A stretch of DNA of 64,000 bases from Deltaproteobacteria bacterium (GCA_033763315.1 JANRKS010000007.1:192001-256000), one strand, 5' to 3'; positions 8,639 through 20,298 are shown, numbered from the stretch's first letter. Notes: generated by a model from the letters alone, not told the origin. Numbers and translations are program-made.

Positions 8639-10555
8639 ATGAAACAACTGCTGCAATCGAGTTTCGTGGTCTTGATGCTGGTGGTGTTGACGTGTTTGGC
8701 CGTGGTCAACACGTGTCAGCTCAACAACCTTGAAACGCAGGTGCTGCAAGTTCGCAAGGCGGTGGAAGAAGCCGGCAAGACGGGTGGGCACGCACAAAGC
8801 GCAGCGGGGCGGACAGACGACGCAGTTACGTCCGACGCCGAAGAAGCCGCAGCTCTGGCGGATCCCAACAACATATTGAAACGCGAGAACCGAAAGAAAG
8901 TCACGGCCGCACAGGTGGCGTGGGGCGGAACGTTGCGGCGGCAGGAGGGCCAAGATCCTCCAGGGTTCAACCGTTATGCGTCCAATAACGCCGCCGACTT
9001 GGCCGAATTCGTAAGGTACATGGGCGGTTACCTGGCGGAGCGTCATGTGGACGACCCAGACAAGTACGCGCCCCGGTTGGCGATCAAAATCACCACGCCG
9101 GACAATGGGCTCACCTATGACATCACCTTGCGTAAGGGTGTGATGTGGCCGGTGCCCGCCGTCGATTTTTCGAGCGGCCGTTACGATTGGCTCAAAAGCG
9201 ATCACGAAGTCACCGCGGATGATTTCGCCTTTGCGCTCGATATCATTGCCAATCCGCAGATCTCCGGCGGCGTGTCGGGTCTGCGCAATTACTTCGACGC
9301 GTTCAAGACATACGAAATCATCAACAAGCACCAGCTGCGTCTCAACTTCAAAGAACGGTTGTTCACCAATTTGGGAACCGTTCTTGAAGACCTTTTGCCT
9401 ATGCCTCGGTGGCTTTATATGTACGACGAAGACGGACGCAAGTTCGACAACGCCACGTGGGGCCTCAAGTTCAACGAACATTGGTTTAACCAGAAGTTCA
9501 TTGGCGTGGGCCCTTATAAATTTGTGGAGTGGGTGCCCGGTGTCCGCATTGTGATGGAGCGCAACGATCGCTATTTCGGTGAGCGGCCTGCGTTCGATCG
9601 AGTGATCACCTTGATCGTCAAAGATCAAACCGCGTTGCCACGTCGACTACGCGCCAAGGATTTGGACTACACGCACCTGCAGCCCGAGCAATACAGAACC
9701 GAGGTTTTGGAAGCCAAGGGCCCCATCTTGGGGCAAAAGGGAATCAAGCTGGGGCGAGTGAGGGAGCTCGGATATTTCTATCTGGGATGGAACATGGACT
9801 CGCCGATGTTTAGCGACAAGCGTGTGCGTCAGGCCATGACGATGGCGATGGATCGCGCATCGATTGTGAAGAATGTGTTCTCAGGGTTGGGCTCACTGAC
9901 CACAGGCCCCATCCCGTCTGCCAGCCCGTGTTACGACAAAACCATCAAACCCTGGCCTTACGATCTCAAGGCCGCCGCCGCCAAATTGGACGAAGCCGGA
10001 TGGAAAGACAGCGACGGAGATGGTGTGCGAGACAAGCTTGTGAACGGCAAACGGCAATCGTTTGAATTTCGCTTTGTCACGTATGGCAGCTCGAACGAAT
10101 GGACGACCGTGGCCAGCATCTATCGGGAAGCGCTGCTGCAGATCGGGATCAAGATGAACGCGCAGCCGCTTGAATGGTCCACAATGCTCAAGAAGTTAGA
10201 TGAAAGGGAATTCGACGCGTATTCCGCCGCTTGGGCCGTCGACTGGGACACCGACCTAATGCAGATTTGGCATTCCAAGGAAGCGGACCGGCCCAAAAGC
10301 TCCAACCGCATTGGATTCCGTAACAAAGAGGCCGATCGACTGGCTGAAGCTTTGCGCGCGGCGTTCGACCCGAAAGAGCGCGAAGCCTTGTGCCACCAAT
10401 TCCACCGGTTGGTGCATGAGGAGCAGCCCTACACTTTTATCTACGAGCGCGAGCGGCCGGTGCTCTATTGGGACTACATGAATGATCTCGAGTTTGCACG
10501 TGTACGCCCCCATAAAGATGTGCGCTTGTTTTCATTCAAGGAAGCCCGTCCCTAG
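8639..10555 (+). CDS. ABC peptide transporter substrate-binding protein (family 5)
   Basis: TPDNGLTYDITLRKGV, IGVGPYKF, DKRVRQAM and GWKDSDGDGVRDK motifs. Confidence 0.9.
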   Translation: MKQLLQSSFVVLMLVVLTCLAVVNTCQLNNLETQVLQVRKAVEEAGKTGGHAQSAAGRTDDAVTSDAEEAAALADPNNILKRENRKKVTAAQVAWGGTLRRQEGQDPPGFNRYASNNAADLAEFVRYMGGYLAERHVDDPDKYAPRLAIKITTPDNGLTYDITLRKGVMWPVPAVDFSSGRYDWLKSDHEVTADDFAFALDIIANPQISGGVSGLRNYFDAFKTYEIINKHQLRLNFKERLFTNLGTVLEDLLPMPRWLYMYDEDGRKFDNATWGLKFNEHWFNQKFIGVGPYKFVEWVPGVRIVMERNDRYFGERPAFDRVITLIVKDQTALPRRLRAKDLDYTHLQPEQYRTEVLEAKGPILGQKGIKLGRVRELGYFYLGWNMDSPMFSDKRVRQAMTMAMDRASIVKNVFSGLGSLTTGPIPSASPCYDKTIKPWPYDLKAAAAKLDEAGWKDSDGDGVRDKLVNGKRQSFEFRFVTYGSSNEWTTVASIYREALLQIGIKMNAQPLEWSTMLKKLDEREFDAYSAAWAVDWDTDLMQIWHSKEADRPKSSNRIGFRNKEADRLAEALRAAFDPKEREALCHQFHRLVHEEQPYTFIYERERPVLYWDYMNDLEFARVRPHKDVRLFSFKEARP

Positions 10556-10558
10556 CGC

Positions 10559-11980
10559 ATGCTCGCCTACGCGCTCAAACGCCTGCTGATGATCCCGCCC
10601 ACCTTCTTCATGGTGTCGCTGGTGATCTTCGTGGTGTTAAACCTGGCCCCGGGGCGGCCCGGCGAACAAGCCCAGTTAAGTGGCGAAAAAGCGGGCACGC
10701 AGCAACGCGAGAGCTACCGGATCTTCAAAGAGCAATTCAACCTTGATAAGCCCGTTTTGTTCAACACGCGCTTTGCGCTCACCGAAAGCGAAGTGAAGAC
10801 GCTGCTTGAAAATGCGTATGCACTGCGCCCCGCGACGAAAACGGCACAACGTCTGCACGCGCAGAACGAGCTTGAAGACACGGGAACTTACCTTGTGCGC
10901 CATTTGGTGTCGCTGCTTGGCCAGACGCCTGACGTGGCATTGGCGCGAGCCATCACCACGCAGCTCGTACAAGCCGCGCGTCGCCCATTGCGCCTCGACG
11001 CCCATGATCCAAACGCCACCGTCACCAACCGCACAATCGCCGCACAGAACGCCGAGTTCATGAATTGGACGCTGCCGGACAGCGCCACCGATGCCGAAGT
11101 ACACACCACGGCCGTGCGGTGGCAAAACTGGTGGCAGCGCAACCACGAAGACTTCGAATACGAAGGCAAGAAGCTGCGCCTGCTGTTCAGCGACACGCGG
11201 TTCTACAAATATTGGTCGAATGTGCTGCACTTTGATTTTGGCCAATCAACGCTCGATCGCCGCCCCGTGATGCCCACGATCGTATCGAAGCTGCGCTACA
11301 GCCTCAGCCTCACACTGCTCTCGGTTTTGCTGGCGTATCTCATCGCCATTCCGCTCGGCGTGTGGAGCGCCGTGCGACAAAATACCCGCGCTGATACCGC
11401 CATGACCGTGACCCTATTCGTGCTCTACAGTTTGCCCACATTCTTCGTGGGCACCGTGTTTCTACGTTTTTTTACTGAAGGCGATCCGGTGGCCTGGTTT
11501 CCCGCCGGCGATTTTGAATCCTACGACGCCGACCGCATGACCACCTTGCAACGCCTGCGCGACGTTGCTTGGCATTTGGTGCTGCCCATCGCCGCCTACA
11601 CGTTGGGCAGCTTAGCAGCCTTGTCTCGTTACGCGCGCACGGGCTTGGTGGATGTGATCCGCGCCGACTACATACGTACAGCGCGGGCCAAGGGCGTGCA
11701 CGAATTCGTGGTGATCGTAAAGCACGCAGCACGCAATGGCATGATCCCCATTTTGACGTTGCTTGGCAGCCTGCTGCCGGTCTTGGTTTCAGGCAGCGTC
11801 ATCATCGAGGTTATTTTCAACATCCCGGGGATGGGGCTTTACCTTTACGACGCGATTAACCTACGCGACTACAACGCCGTGATGGGCGTGCTTATGATGG
11901 CCAGCGTCTTAACGTTGTTTGGCATCTTGCTCTCAGATCTTTCATATGCGCTTGCGGATCCGCGCATCACTTTCGATTGA
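10559..11980 (+). CDS. ABC peptide transporter permease (OppB/DppB) with a large insertion
   Basis: DYIRTARAKG, HAARN and SYALADPRI motifs. Confidence 0.9.
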   Translation: MLAYALKRLLMIPPTFFMVSLVIFVVLNLAPGRPGEQAQLSGEKAGTQQRESYRIFKEQFNLDKPVLFNTRFALTESEVKTLLENAYALRPATKTAQRLHAQNELEDTGTYLVRHLVSLLGQTPDVALARAITTQLVQAARRPLRLDAHDPNATVTNRTIAAQNAEFMNWTLPDSATDAEVHTTAVRWQNWWQRNHEDFEYEGKKLRLLFSDTRFYKYWSNVLHFDFGQSTLDRRPVMPTIVSKLRYSLSLTLLSVLLAYLIAIPLGVWSAVRQNTRADTAMTVTLFVLYSLPTFFVGTVFLRFFTEGDPVAWFPAGDFESYDADRMTTLQRLRDVAWHLVLPIAAYTLGSLAALSRYARTGLVDVIRADYIRTARAKGVHEFVVIVKHAARNGMIPILTLLGSLLPVLVSGSVIIEVIFNIPGMGLYLYDAINLRDYNAVMGVLMMASVLTLFGILLSDLSYALADPRITFD

Positions 11981-11983
11981 CGC

Positions 11984-13222
11984 ATGACCATCCAAGCCCA
12001 ACCAGCACCCGCCCCGCTTGATGATGCACCATCGTATTGGTCGATCGTGTGGGGGCAGTTCCGCAAGCGGCGACTTGCATACGGTTCGCTTTGGTGCGGC
12101 GTCACGCTTTTTGCTTTGGCGGTCGTGGCGCCCGCCGTCGCGGGCAATAAACCGTTTTTGTGGCGCGTTGACGCAGGCCCTTGGCAAAGCCCGTGGTTCA
12201 CCAGCCTGTTCGATCGCAATTTCTTCGAGAGCACTCTCGACATCTTTTTCAACTGCCTGCTGGTGCCGGGGGTGCTTGCGCTGCCGGCGTGTTGGTGGTG
12301 GTGGCGCCGCACGCACGCGCGCGCTCGTCGGCCCCGCGTCCGCGCGCGCCGCCGCTTTATGCTGATGGCCGGCGCCCTATGGCTGCTGGCTTTCATCGCC
12401 ATCAACGCGTTCGCCACGTCGTCACCCAAGGTGCTGCACCCGGCGCTCGCAGAGCAATTGCGGAGCGAAGGTCACAAGGTGCTCGCCGTTTACCCACCCC
12501 TTCCCTATTCTTTTCGCGACGTGGATTTGGACCAAGTCCGCGCGCCAGCCTCAGGCCAACACTGGTTGGGCACCGACGACGCCGGCCGCGATGTGATGGT
12601 GCGCTTGCTATTTGGCACGCGCATCTCATTGACGGTGGGCATCTTTGCCGTGCTGCTTTACATCGTGATTGGCACGGTCATCGGTGCGCTGTCAGGCTAC
12701 TTGGGCGGCTGGGTGGATGCGGTCTTTATGCGGCTGGTTGAAGTGGTCATCTCGATCCCAAGCTTGTTTCTAATCCTCACCGTGGCGGCGTTCATCGAGC
12801 AACGATCGATTTTTCACATCATGTTTATCATCGCCGCCGTCAGCTGGACCACTCCTGCGCGTTTGGTGCGCGCGGAGTTCCTACGTTTGCGCAACCTCGA
12901 TTTCGTATCCGCGGCGCGCGCGGTTGGGTATTCGGAGGCGCAGATCATGTTTCGCGAGATGCTGCCCAACGCGTTGGGTCCCGTCTTGGTGACCGCCACG
13001 TTCGGTGTGGCGTCCAGCATCCTGGTTGAATCCACCATGAGCTTTTTGGGCTTGGGCGATATCACGGTGCCTAGTTGGGGCCAAGTTCTCAACACGGGCC
13101 GAACCACCGGCATTTGGACCATGATTTTGGCGCCAGGCTTTGCCATCTTCGTCACCGTAAGCTTGTTGAACTTGATTGGCGACGGCCTGCGCGACGCCTT
13201 GGATCCCAAAATGCGCGCCTGA
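11984..13222 (+). CDS. ABC peptide transporter permease (OppC/DppC)
   Basis: [21 protein letters not shown] and [10 protein letters not shown] motifs. Confidence 0.92.
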   Translation: MTIQAQPAPAPLDDAPSYWSIVWGQFRKRRLAYGSLWCGVTLFALAVVAPAVAGNKPFLWRVDAGPWQSPWFTSLFDRNFFESTLDIFFNCLLVPGVLALPACWWWWRRTHARARRPRVRARRRFMLMAGALWLLAFIAINAFATSSPKVLHPALAEQLRSEGHKVLAVYPPLPYSFRDVDLDQVRAPASGQHWLGTDDAGRDVMVRLLFGTRISLTVGIFAVLLYIVIGTVIGALSGYLGGWVDAVFMRLVEVVISIPSLFLILTVAAFIEQRSIFHIMFIIAAVSWTTPARLVRAEFLRLRNLDFVSAARAVGYSEAQIMFREMLPNALGPVLVTATFGVASSILVESTMSFLGLGDITVPSWGQVLNTGRTTGIWTMILAPGFAIFVTVSLLNLIGDGLRDALDPKMRA

Positions 13223-13236
13223 GGCACGAAAAGAAT

Positions 13237-14217
13237 ATGCCGCTCCTCGAAGTCAAAAACCTCAAGACGCACTTCTTCACCGACGCAGGCGTGCTGCCAT
13301 CGGTCGACGGGATTTCGTTTGCCGTCGATGCGGGGGAGACTTTAGGCATTGTGGGCGAAAGCGGTTGCGGCAAATCCGTGACGGCCATGAGCATATTGCG
13401 CCTCATTCCTGAACCGCCAGGGCGGATCGTGGGTGGCGAAGTTCTGTTTCGCGGGCGCGACCTCACGAAGCTGCGTTTGCCAGAATTGCGCAAGATTCGT
13501 GGCAACGACATCGCGATGATCTTCCAAGAGCCGATGACGTCGCTCAACCCTGTCTACACAGTGGGCAACCAGATCGTTGAAGCGATCGTGTTGCACCAGC
13601 GAAAATCAGCCGACGAAGCCCGCGCGCTGGCGATCACCATGCTCGAACAGGTGGGCATTCCCGAACCTGCCACGCGGATCGATGAGTATCCGCACCAAAT
13701 GAGCGGCGGCATGAAGCAGCGGGTGATGATTGCGATGGCGCTGTCGTGCAACCCTTCGCTGCTCATCGCAGACGAACCCACCACTGCGTTAGACGTCACG
13801 ATTCAGGCGCAAATTCTCGAGTTGCTCGCCCGCATTCAAAAAGAGCGCGGCATGGCGGTCATGTTGATCACGCACGACTTGGGAGTGGTGGCGCAAGTCT
13901 GCCAACGCGTGGTTGTGATGTACGCGGGACAAGTGGCAGAAACGGCGCCCACGGCATCGCTGTTCGCAAAGCCCGCGCACCCTTATACGTTGGGCCTGAT
14001 GGGCTCATTGCCCAACCGCGTACCTCGCGGGCAGCGCCTGCCCACCATCAGCGGCAGCGTGCCGAGCCCGCAGAACTATCCTTCAGGGTGCCGCTTTCGC
14101 AACCGTTGCAACTTTGCGACCGATGTGTGTGCCACGCCTGCCCCCGAAATCACGCTAGGCCCTGCGCACACAGCGTTCTGCCATCACCCTCAAAGCGCGG
14201 ATGCCGCCGGTGTCTGA
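13237..14217 (+). CDS. ABC peptide transporter ATPase (OppD)
   Basis: [25 protein letters not shown] and HPYT motifs. ATG at 13237 chosen as start. Confidence 0.93.
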   Translation: MPLLEVKNLKTHFFTDAGVLPSVDGISFAVDAGETLGIVGESGCGKSVTAMSILRLIPEPPGRIVGGEVLFRGRDLTKLRLPELRKIRGNDIAMIFQEPMTSLNPVYTVGNQIVEAIVLHQRKSADEARALAITMLEQVGIPEPATRIDEYPHQMSGGMKQRVMIAMALSCNPSLLIADEPTTALDVTIQAQILELLARIQKERGMAVMLITHDLGVVAQVCQRVVVMYAGQVAETAPTASLFAKPAHPYTLGLMGSLPNRVPRGQRLPTISGSVPSPQNYPSGCRFRNRCNFATDVCATPAPEITLGPAHTAFCHHPQSADAAGV

Positions 14218-15247
14218 CGTCAAGCCTCTTCTCGAGGTCAAACACCTGACCAAACATTTCGATGTGCACAAGGGCGCGTTTCGCCGCCACGTGGGCACAG
14301 TGAAGGCTGTAGACGACGTTTCATTTACGTTAGAGCGTGGCCAAACGATTTCGCTCGTGGGGGAAAGCGGCTGCGGCAAAACCACCACCGGGCGCGCGCT
14401 GTTGCGCCTGATCGAGCCCAACAGCGGCGAAGTTTGGTTCCGCGGTCTGAACGTGCCCTCACTTCGCAAAGCCGAACTGCGCAAGTTGCGGCGCCACATG
14501 CAAGTGGTGTTTCAAGATCCCTATTCAAGCTTGAACCCACGCCAGACCATCGGCGAAATCATTGGCACGCCGATGGTGATGCACGGCCTTTGCACACGCA
14601 ACGAAATGGATGAGCGCGTACAAGATGTGTTGGTTCGCGTGGGTTTGCAGGCGGCCTATATCTCGCGGTACCCGCATGAGTTCTCGGGCGGCCAACGCCA
14701 GCGCATCGGCATCGCCCGCGCCGTGGCGCTGCAGCCTGATTTCATCGTGTGCGACGAAGCCGTATCGGCGCTTGATGTGAGTTTGCAAGCGCAGATTGTG
14801 AATCTTCTGCTGGATCTGAAACAGGATCTTGGCCTTTCGTACATTTTCATCGCGCACGATCTGTCGGTTGTGCGTCACATCTCTGATCACGTCGTGGTGA
14901 TGTACTTAGGGCAAGTGGTGGAAAGCGCGCCATGCGACGAACTGTTCTCCCGCCCTTTGCATCCGTATACGCAAGCCTTGCTTTCGGCCGTGCCATCCAC
15001 AGACACAAAGGCCAGCAAGCAACGGTTCGTTTTAAGCGGCGATGTGCCGAGCCCCCTTCACCCGCCTTCGGGCTGCCGCTTTCGCACCCGATGCCCCCTC
15101 GCCGAAGCGAAGTGTGCTGAGCCGCCGCGGCCGTTGGTGGCGTTCGGTCGCCACGAAGTGCGGTGTGTGCACTATGAACACGGCGCCTCACCCGCAGCGC
15201 CCGTAAGCATCGAGAAACCTTGTAACGACGCAGATAGCAAGGCTTGA
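14201..15247 (+). CDS. ABC peptide transporter ATPase (OppF)
   Basis: [24 protein letters not shown] and [12 protein letters not shown] motifs. Confidence 0.93.
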   Translation: MPPVSDVKPLLEVKHLTKHFDVHKGAFRRHVGTVKAVDDVSFTLERGQTISLVGESGCGKTTTGRALLRLIEPNSGEVWFRGLNVPSLRKAELRKLRRHMQVVFQDPYSSLNPRQTIGEIIGTPMVMHGLCTRNEMDERVQDVLVRVGLQAAYISRYPHEFSGGQRQRIGIARAVALQPDFIVCDEAVSALDVSLQAQIVNLLLDLKQDLGLSYIFIAHDLSVVRHISDHVVVMYLGQVVESAPCDELFSRPLHPYTQALLSAVPSTDTKASKQRFVLSGDVPSPLHPPSGCRFRTRCPLAEAKCAEPPRPLVAFGRHEVRCVHYEHGASPAAPVSIEKPCNDADSKA

Positions 15248-15320
15248 CGGCCCGTTCCAGCCTGTCGCGGCATCTGGAGATGTCTTAAGTTTCCGCTGCA
15301 AACCCGCCGATGTCAGCGGC

Positions 15321-17156
15321 ATGGCTACCGGCCCCGCTGGAAGCTCGTCCGTACGAGGAAAACGCTTTGGTCGCTACCGATTGCTAGAAGTCATCGGTCG
15401 CGGTGGCATGGCCGAGGTGTATCGTGCGGTGGCGCAAGGGCCGGGCGGTTTTCAACGCCAGTTCGTGCTCAAACGCATCCGCGCGGAGAAGGCTGAGTCA
15501 GCTGACTTCGTTGATATGTTCATCAACGAGGCGCGCATCTCGGCGATGTTGGAACATCCGAACATCGTGCAGGTCTACGATTTCGGCGAAGTCGACGGCG
15601 ATTACTTTTTGGCGATGGAGTATTTGCGTGGACGCGATCTGCTGACAGTGATGCGGCACTTGCGTTCAACAGGCCGCGATCTACCCATCGGGATCGCGGC
15701 GTTTGCGGTCAATGAAGTGGCACGCGGCTTGGCCTACGCGCATGGGCTTTCCCAGGCGGGCAAGGGGCTCGACATCGTTCACCGCGACGTAACGCCTTCG
15801 AACATCATGCTGCTGAAAACGGGCGGCGTGAAGCTGCTCGATTTTGGCATCGCCCGCGCGGCGATGAAACTGCGCTCCACAACACCAGCAAGTGGTTTGA
15901 TCAAGGGCAAATTCGCCTACCTTTCGCCTGAGCAAGTGCGCGGCAAACCCATTGATGGTCGATCGGATATCTTCTCGTTGGGCGTGGTGTTTTGGGAGTG
16001 CTTGGTGGGCCAACGGTTGTTCTACGACAACAACGATCTTCAGACGATGCGCAACATCGTTGAAAAGGACGTGCCTCCACCGTCTTTGGCGCGTCCTGGC
16101 CTGCCGCCAACCCTCGACGACATCGTGCTACGCGCGCTCGATCGAGATCCAGCCAGGCGGATTCCCTCGGCCCAAGCGTTGGTAGAGTCGTTAAGCGGTT
16201 ATCTCAGTGGCACGCGCTTTCAAAGCGATAGTGTCGCGCGGCTTTTGGAAGAGGTATTCGGCACAGACAGCTGGAATGAAGAGCCGCTGCCTGAGATGTC
16301 GATCACGCCCATTCCTCCGCCGCCGCCCACGCCGCGTTCGTTGATCGCGCAAGCACGAGCGGGGCGCACGACAGCTGAGCGTGCCGAAGAAGACGCAGGC
16401 TACAGCGTGGTGAGCTCCGTGCGGCCCCTGCCAGACCTCCGCCCCAAAACAAAGCTGCATGCCGCCGCAGCCGCCGTGGCTGGCACATTGATTCTAGGTG
16501 GTGCTGGTTTCGCGTTGCGATCCAAGCCTGCCCCGCACGCATCAACGCCCGTCGCTGCCGTGGCGCCCGCGGCGCCCAGCCCTGCCGTGCCCGTCCCCGC
16601 GCCAGCGGCCGCCGTGCCTGCCCCTGCGCCAGCGCCCGAGGCGCCCACGCCTGTCACGTCTCCTCCGTTGCCCCAGAAGCCAGCGCCGCTCGCTGTGGCA
16701 CACGCAACGAAGCCGGTAAACGCCGCGAAGCTCCCCGTGGCCGCCAAGGCAAAGTTGGCGCTGGCGCCGCCTGCACCCGCGCGACGTGCAGAAGATGTGG
16801 CCGCCGCTCGTGAAGCGCGCCTGCGCGGTTTGCAAGCGCTCGACAATGGGCAGATGCAACGAGCACGCACCGCCCTTGAAGCCGCCTTGGTCGACTTGCC
16901 GAATGACGCCGAGGTATTAAGCGGACTTGGCGAAGCGGCGTTCGAACTGGGTGACTACAAAGGCGCACGTAACTACGCGCGCCGGGCGATCGGCCTCGGC
17001 CCGCGCGCGATCAAAAACCACCTGCTGCTGGGCGACGTTTGTTTCAAAATGGGGCTGCTGCCAGAAGCGCTGGAAGCCTACAAAAGCGCGGCAGCGCTCT
17101 CACCAAACGACGCCAGCATCCGCACACGCCTTGCGCGCGTGGAAGCGAAGCTTTAG
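15321..17156 (+). CDS. Membrane Ser/Thr protein kinase with C-terminal TPRs
   Basis: GRGGMAEV, HRDVTPSN and DFG motifs; TM segment; Pro/Ala linker; TPR helices. Confidence 0.92.
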   Translation: MATGPAGSSSVRGKRFGRYRLLEVIGRGGMAEVYRAVAQGPGGFQRQFVLKRIRAEKAESADFVDMFINEARISAMLEHPNIVQVYDFGEVDGDYFLAMEYLRGRDLLTVMRHLRSTGRDLPIGIAAFAVNEVARGLAYAHGLSQAGKGLDIVHRDVTPSNIMLLKTGGVKLLDFGIARAAMKLRSTTPASGLIKGKFAYLSPEQVRGKPIDGRSDIFSLGVVFWECLVGQRLFYDNNDLQTMRNIVEKDVPPPSLARPGLPPTLDDIVLRALDRDPARRIPSAQALVESLSGYLSGTRFQSDSVARLLEEVFGTDSWNEEPLPEMSITPIPPPPPTPRSLIAQARAGRTTAERAEEDAGYSVVSSVRPLPDLRPKTKLHAAAAAVAGTLILGGAGFALRSKPAPHASTPVAAVAPAAPSPAVPVPAPAAAVPAPAPAPEAPTPVTSPPLPQKPAPLAVAHATKPVNAAKLPVAAKAKLALAPPAPARRAEDVAAAREARLRGLQALDNGQMQRARTALEAALVDLPNDAEVLSGLGEAAFELGDYKGARNYARRAIGLGPRAIKNHLLLGDVCFKMGLLPEALEAYKSAAALSPNDASIRTRLARVEAKL

Positions 17157-17161
17157 CGCGG

Positions 17162-18553
17162 CTAGGCCACCAACCCAGGTATGAGGCCCTTCGGCAGCGA
17201 AGGATCGCCGAAGTCATCGATGGGCCCGCCAGCGCTCGAACGCACGCCGGCGGCCGTGATCAGCGTGTTAAGCAACTTGTTGTTCATCACTTTGGGCAGA
17301 TCTAAGAATTGGCCTGTCTTCAAGTAGCCGCCCGCGCGGCCCGCAATGATGTACGGCACGTTCTTGTACTGATGGTATCCATCGCCCAGTTGGTTGGCCC
17401 ACGCGGCGAAGCCCAAATCCAAAAGGGATCCCATGGGCGTTTTTACCGCACCCATCTTGCCTATCAACATGCCGAAGTGACGCAGATGAATGCGATCAAT
17501 TTGATGGTGCATCAAGTCCGCCCCATCGATCGGCGTGCCTTCCGTGCCGTCGCCGTTGATGCGATGAGAAATGTGATGGTAGCTGGGCAGCTTCACGCCG
17601 TTGACCGTGTAGCCGATGCCATCCGTGCCATCGCCGTTCTGAATGAACACCACCCGGTGCTGACCTGAAGCCAACGCGAACACCGCCAGATCGAACTCAA
17701 GCGCCAAAACTTTAAGGCGGTTACCATCGGTGCCTTGCTGCCCATCCACCGACTTGAGGTCTGCCACGGTGGCTGCCGGGAGCTCTTTGACCATTTGCTG
17801 TTCGATGTCACGAACGCTGGCCAGGTGCATGCTGATGCGCTGACGATCGGCAGACGACAAAGTCTTGTCGCCCAGCAACACGTTCAACTCGCCTCGCACA
17901 AGATCATTGACGCTTCTGCGGCGGTTTAACACAAGCTCTTGAGCCGCCCCAGCGCCGCCCGTCATGCTGACGATCTTCGAATAAGCCGTCCATGGATTCG
18001 CTTCGGCTATGATCAGATCTTTTGTGCCACGAAACGAGATGTGATCGTTGATATAGCCATACTTTGGCCCCGCATAAAGCGCGAATGGCTCCTTGCCAGC
18101 CAGCGCCTGCGAGATTCGATAGTCAGCCGAAGGCCCCATCGCCAACGATTTGTTCTTGGCGGGATCCGCAGATACCTTGGCGGCCGTCAACAACTGATTG
18201 CCGCCACCGCTGTGGCCGCAGCCGTTGCCATCAAAGGCCATGCTAACGCCACGAATGATGTTCAGGTAATCGGCATACGCGGCCAGCTCGCTCACAGCGC
18301 GGCCCGAATCCGCCATCATCGATGCCGTGGTTAACGCGCCTGCCTTCGTGGGCCAAAAGCGCTCAGGTTCGTTGCCAAAACCAGGTTGCTGTTGCACACC
18401 GTTCATGTCCACCAGAAACACCGCGTAGCCCGGCGCGGGGCCCGCAGCGCGTGCGGTCTTTGGCATGAACGATTCAAGCAGTGGCAGGCCCAGGGCCACA
18501 CCGGTGCCACGCAGGAAACGACGACGATCCAAAACAGAATTCTTGATGGTCAT
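17162..18553 (-). CDS. DUF1552-family Tat-exported protein
   Basis: LDRRRFLRGTGVALGLPLLESF Tat signal; HLASVRDIE and YHHISH motifs. Confidence 0.85.
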   Translation of the reverse strand: MTIKNSVLDRRRFLRGTGVALGLPLLESFMPKTARAAGPAPGYAVFLVDMNGVQQQPGFGNEPERFWPTKAGALTTASMMADSGRAVSELAAYADYLNIIRGVSMAFDGNGCGHSGGGNQLLTAAKVSADPAKNKSLAMGPSADYRISQALAGKEPFALYAGPKYGYINDHISFRGTKDLIIAEANPWTAYSKIVSMTGGAGAAQELVLNRRRSVNDLVRGELNVLLGDKTLSSADRQRISMHLASVRDIEQQMVKELPAATVADLKSVDGQQGTDGNRLKVLALEFDLAVFALASGQHRVVFIQNGDGTDGIGYTVNGVKLPSYHHISHRINGDGTEGTPIDGADLMHHQIDRIHLRHFGMLIGKMGAVKTPMGSLLDLGFAAWANQLGDGYHQYKNVPYIIAGRAGGYLKTGQFLDLPKVMNNKLLNTLITAAGVRSSAGGPIDDFGDPSLPKGLIPGLVA

Positions 18554-18572
18554 AGGTTTTCCCTCGGCAGGT

Positions 18573-20294
18573 TTACAGGGCCGCCCGGAACATGAACGCT
18601 TCGCTCGTCACAAGCTCAAGCATCGATTCTTTGATGGCTTGCGACTGCGACAGCGAAGCGTTCGCCACGCGGTTCACAAGGAAGGCGTCGGCCTCCTCGG
18701 GGCGGCGTCCGAACAAATACTCAAGCCACGCGCCAGTCAAGCATTGGTGTACGCTTTGGCTTTTCGCCAGCAAGGCAACAAATTCGACGCTTGATTTCCA
18801 CGAGCGTTCGACGCCGTCAATCTCAAGGCTGCCACTGTCATCAATGGCCGCGCCATTGTCTAACGTGCGGTATTTCCCGATGGCATCAAACTTCTCGAAC
18901 GCAAAGCCCGCTGGGTTGATCAAAGTGCCGTGGCAAGGACCGCCGCACGTGCCCGGGCCCGTGTGAGCCGTCACGCGCTCGCGGTTGGTCTTGCCTCCCG
19001 TCGGGGGCACAGGGGGAACGTTCTTCGCCGGTGGTGGCAAGTTGGTACACATGACGTTGACGTGAACAAACACGCCTCGGTGAATCGAATCGATTTCCGT
19101 TCTGTGCGCGTTGGACGCCAAGAATCCGGGTTGGGTCAACAAGCCCGAACGTTGTTTGGCGTCAAGATCCACCTTCTTGAATTCGTCCGTGAAGGTTCCG
19201 GAAAGACCGTAGACCTTGGCAAGCCGCTGGTTCACAAACGTAAACGGAGCCGTCAATAGGTCTGCCTGGCTGCCCGTGGCCTGCGACACGATTTCACTGG
19301 TAAAGCGCAACGTTTCTTGCCGCATATCCGCGCCAATGCCCGCGACGAATTCGGGCACTTTCGCCGCGTCTTTGTCGATCCCGTCATAGGTGTAAAGCCG
19401 CAGCAACTGCGTGTAAAAGTCATTGATCGCGTCTTTGCCGCCCGTGCTTGAAAGCAAACGTGTGGCGTGTCTGCGTACCTCGGCGCGCACGTCCGCGACG
19501 TTGCCTTGCAATTTGCCGTCAGCCGCCGCCGCCAACAGTTCGCTGTCGGGCATCGTGTTGGCCAAGCCGTACGAGATCCGCGATGCCATCTCCCACCCAG
19601 TCAATGGCACCTTGCCATCCACAACCTTGTTTGTTTGGCCCACTTCAATGCGGTAAAGGAAATGCGGTGATTGCAGCATGGCCTCAATCACCGCACGCAT
19701 GCCCAACACGCTGGCGTCGCCCGCGCCATAGAGCGCTGACCCCTTTGCAAACAGGGCTGCGTAGCGATCCACTTCTTCGGTCGTCAGGGGCCGACGAAAC
19801 GCGCGGCGGCCAAAAGCTTCGATAAATGGCTTGGGCTGCACGGCACCCGTGGCACCACTTGGTTTCAATTTGGCCAACAAGGTGGCGTCCGATGACACCT
19901 TCGCGGCCAATGCCTCGGATGCGATTTGATAATCGTTAAACAAACCGTCCGTGACCTGCAGGGCGCCACCGGCGTTATCGAAACGGCCATGAGACGCGTC
20001 GCCGGTGAACGTTGAGGTCAGGCCAGGGGCCTTGGGCAACCCGAGCAGATCCCGCGTGGTGTTTTCCCACTGCTTGTGCGACAAGCGAGCAAACTTGGAT
20101 GTGGCCACAACCGCGTCGGCACCATCGGATGGCGCCCCGCCGCTGGAGGCTCCACCGCGTGCGCCGGAGCCGGTTCCACCTTGGCCCGTTGAGCCACCGT
20201 CATCAGCCTCGGGAGAATCACCTAAGCCGACGCTGCCCGTACAGGCGGAGCCCAGCCATCCCAAAACCAAAAGGGACACGTTTGCGTGCTTCAC
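18573..20294 (-). CDS. DUF1592/1588/1595/1587 multi-domain lipoprotein
   Basis: GSAC lipobox; RLSHKQWENT..DLL, RAFRRPL, LQSPHFLY, RSGLLT and CGGPCH..INPAGFAFE motifs. Confidence 0.88.
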   Translation of the reverse strand: MKHANVSLLVLGWLGSACTGSVGLGDSPEADDGGSTGQGGTGSGARGGASSGGAPSDGADAVVATSKFARLSHKQWENTTRDLLGLPKAPGLTSTFTGDASHGRFDNAGGALQVTDGLFNDYQIASEALAAKVSSDATLLAKLKPSGATGAVQPKPFIEAFGRRAFRRPLTTEEVDRYAALFAKGSALYGAGDASVLGMRAVIEAMLQSPHFLYRIEVGQTNKVVDGKVPLTGWEMASRISYGLANTMPDSELLAAAADGKLQGNVADVRAEVRRHATRLLSSTGGKDAINDFYTQLLRLYTYDGIDKDAAKVPEFVAGIGADMRQETLRFTSEIVSQATGSQADLLTAPFTFVNQRLAKVYGLSGTFTDEFKKVDLDAKQRSGLLTQPGFLASNAHRTEIDSIHRGVFVHVNVMCTNLPPPAKNVPPVPPTGGKTNRERVTAHTGPGTCGGPCHGTLINPAGFAFEKFDAIGKYRTLDNGAAIDDSGSLEIDGVERSWKSSVEFVALLAKSQSVHQCLTGAWLEYLFGRRPEEADAFLVNRVANASLSQSQAIKESMLELVTSEAFMFRAAL

Positions 20295-20298
20295 GAAC

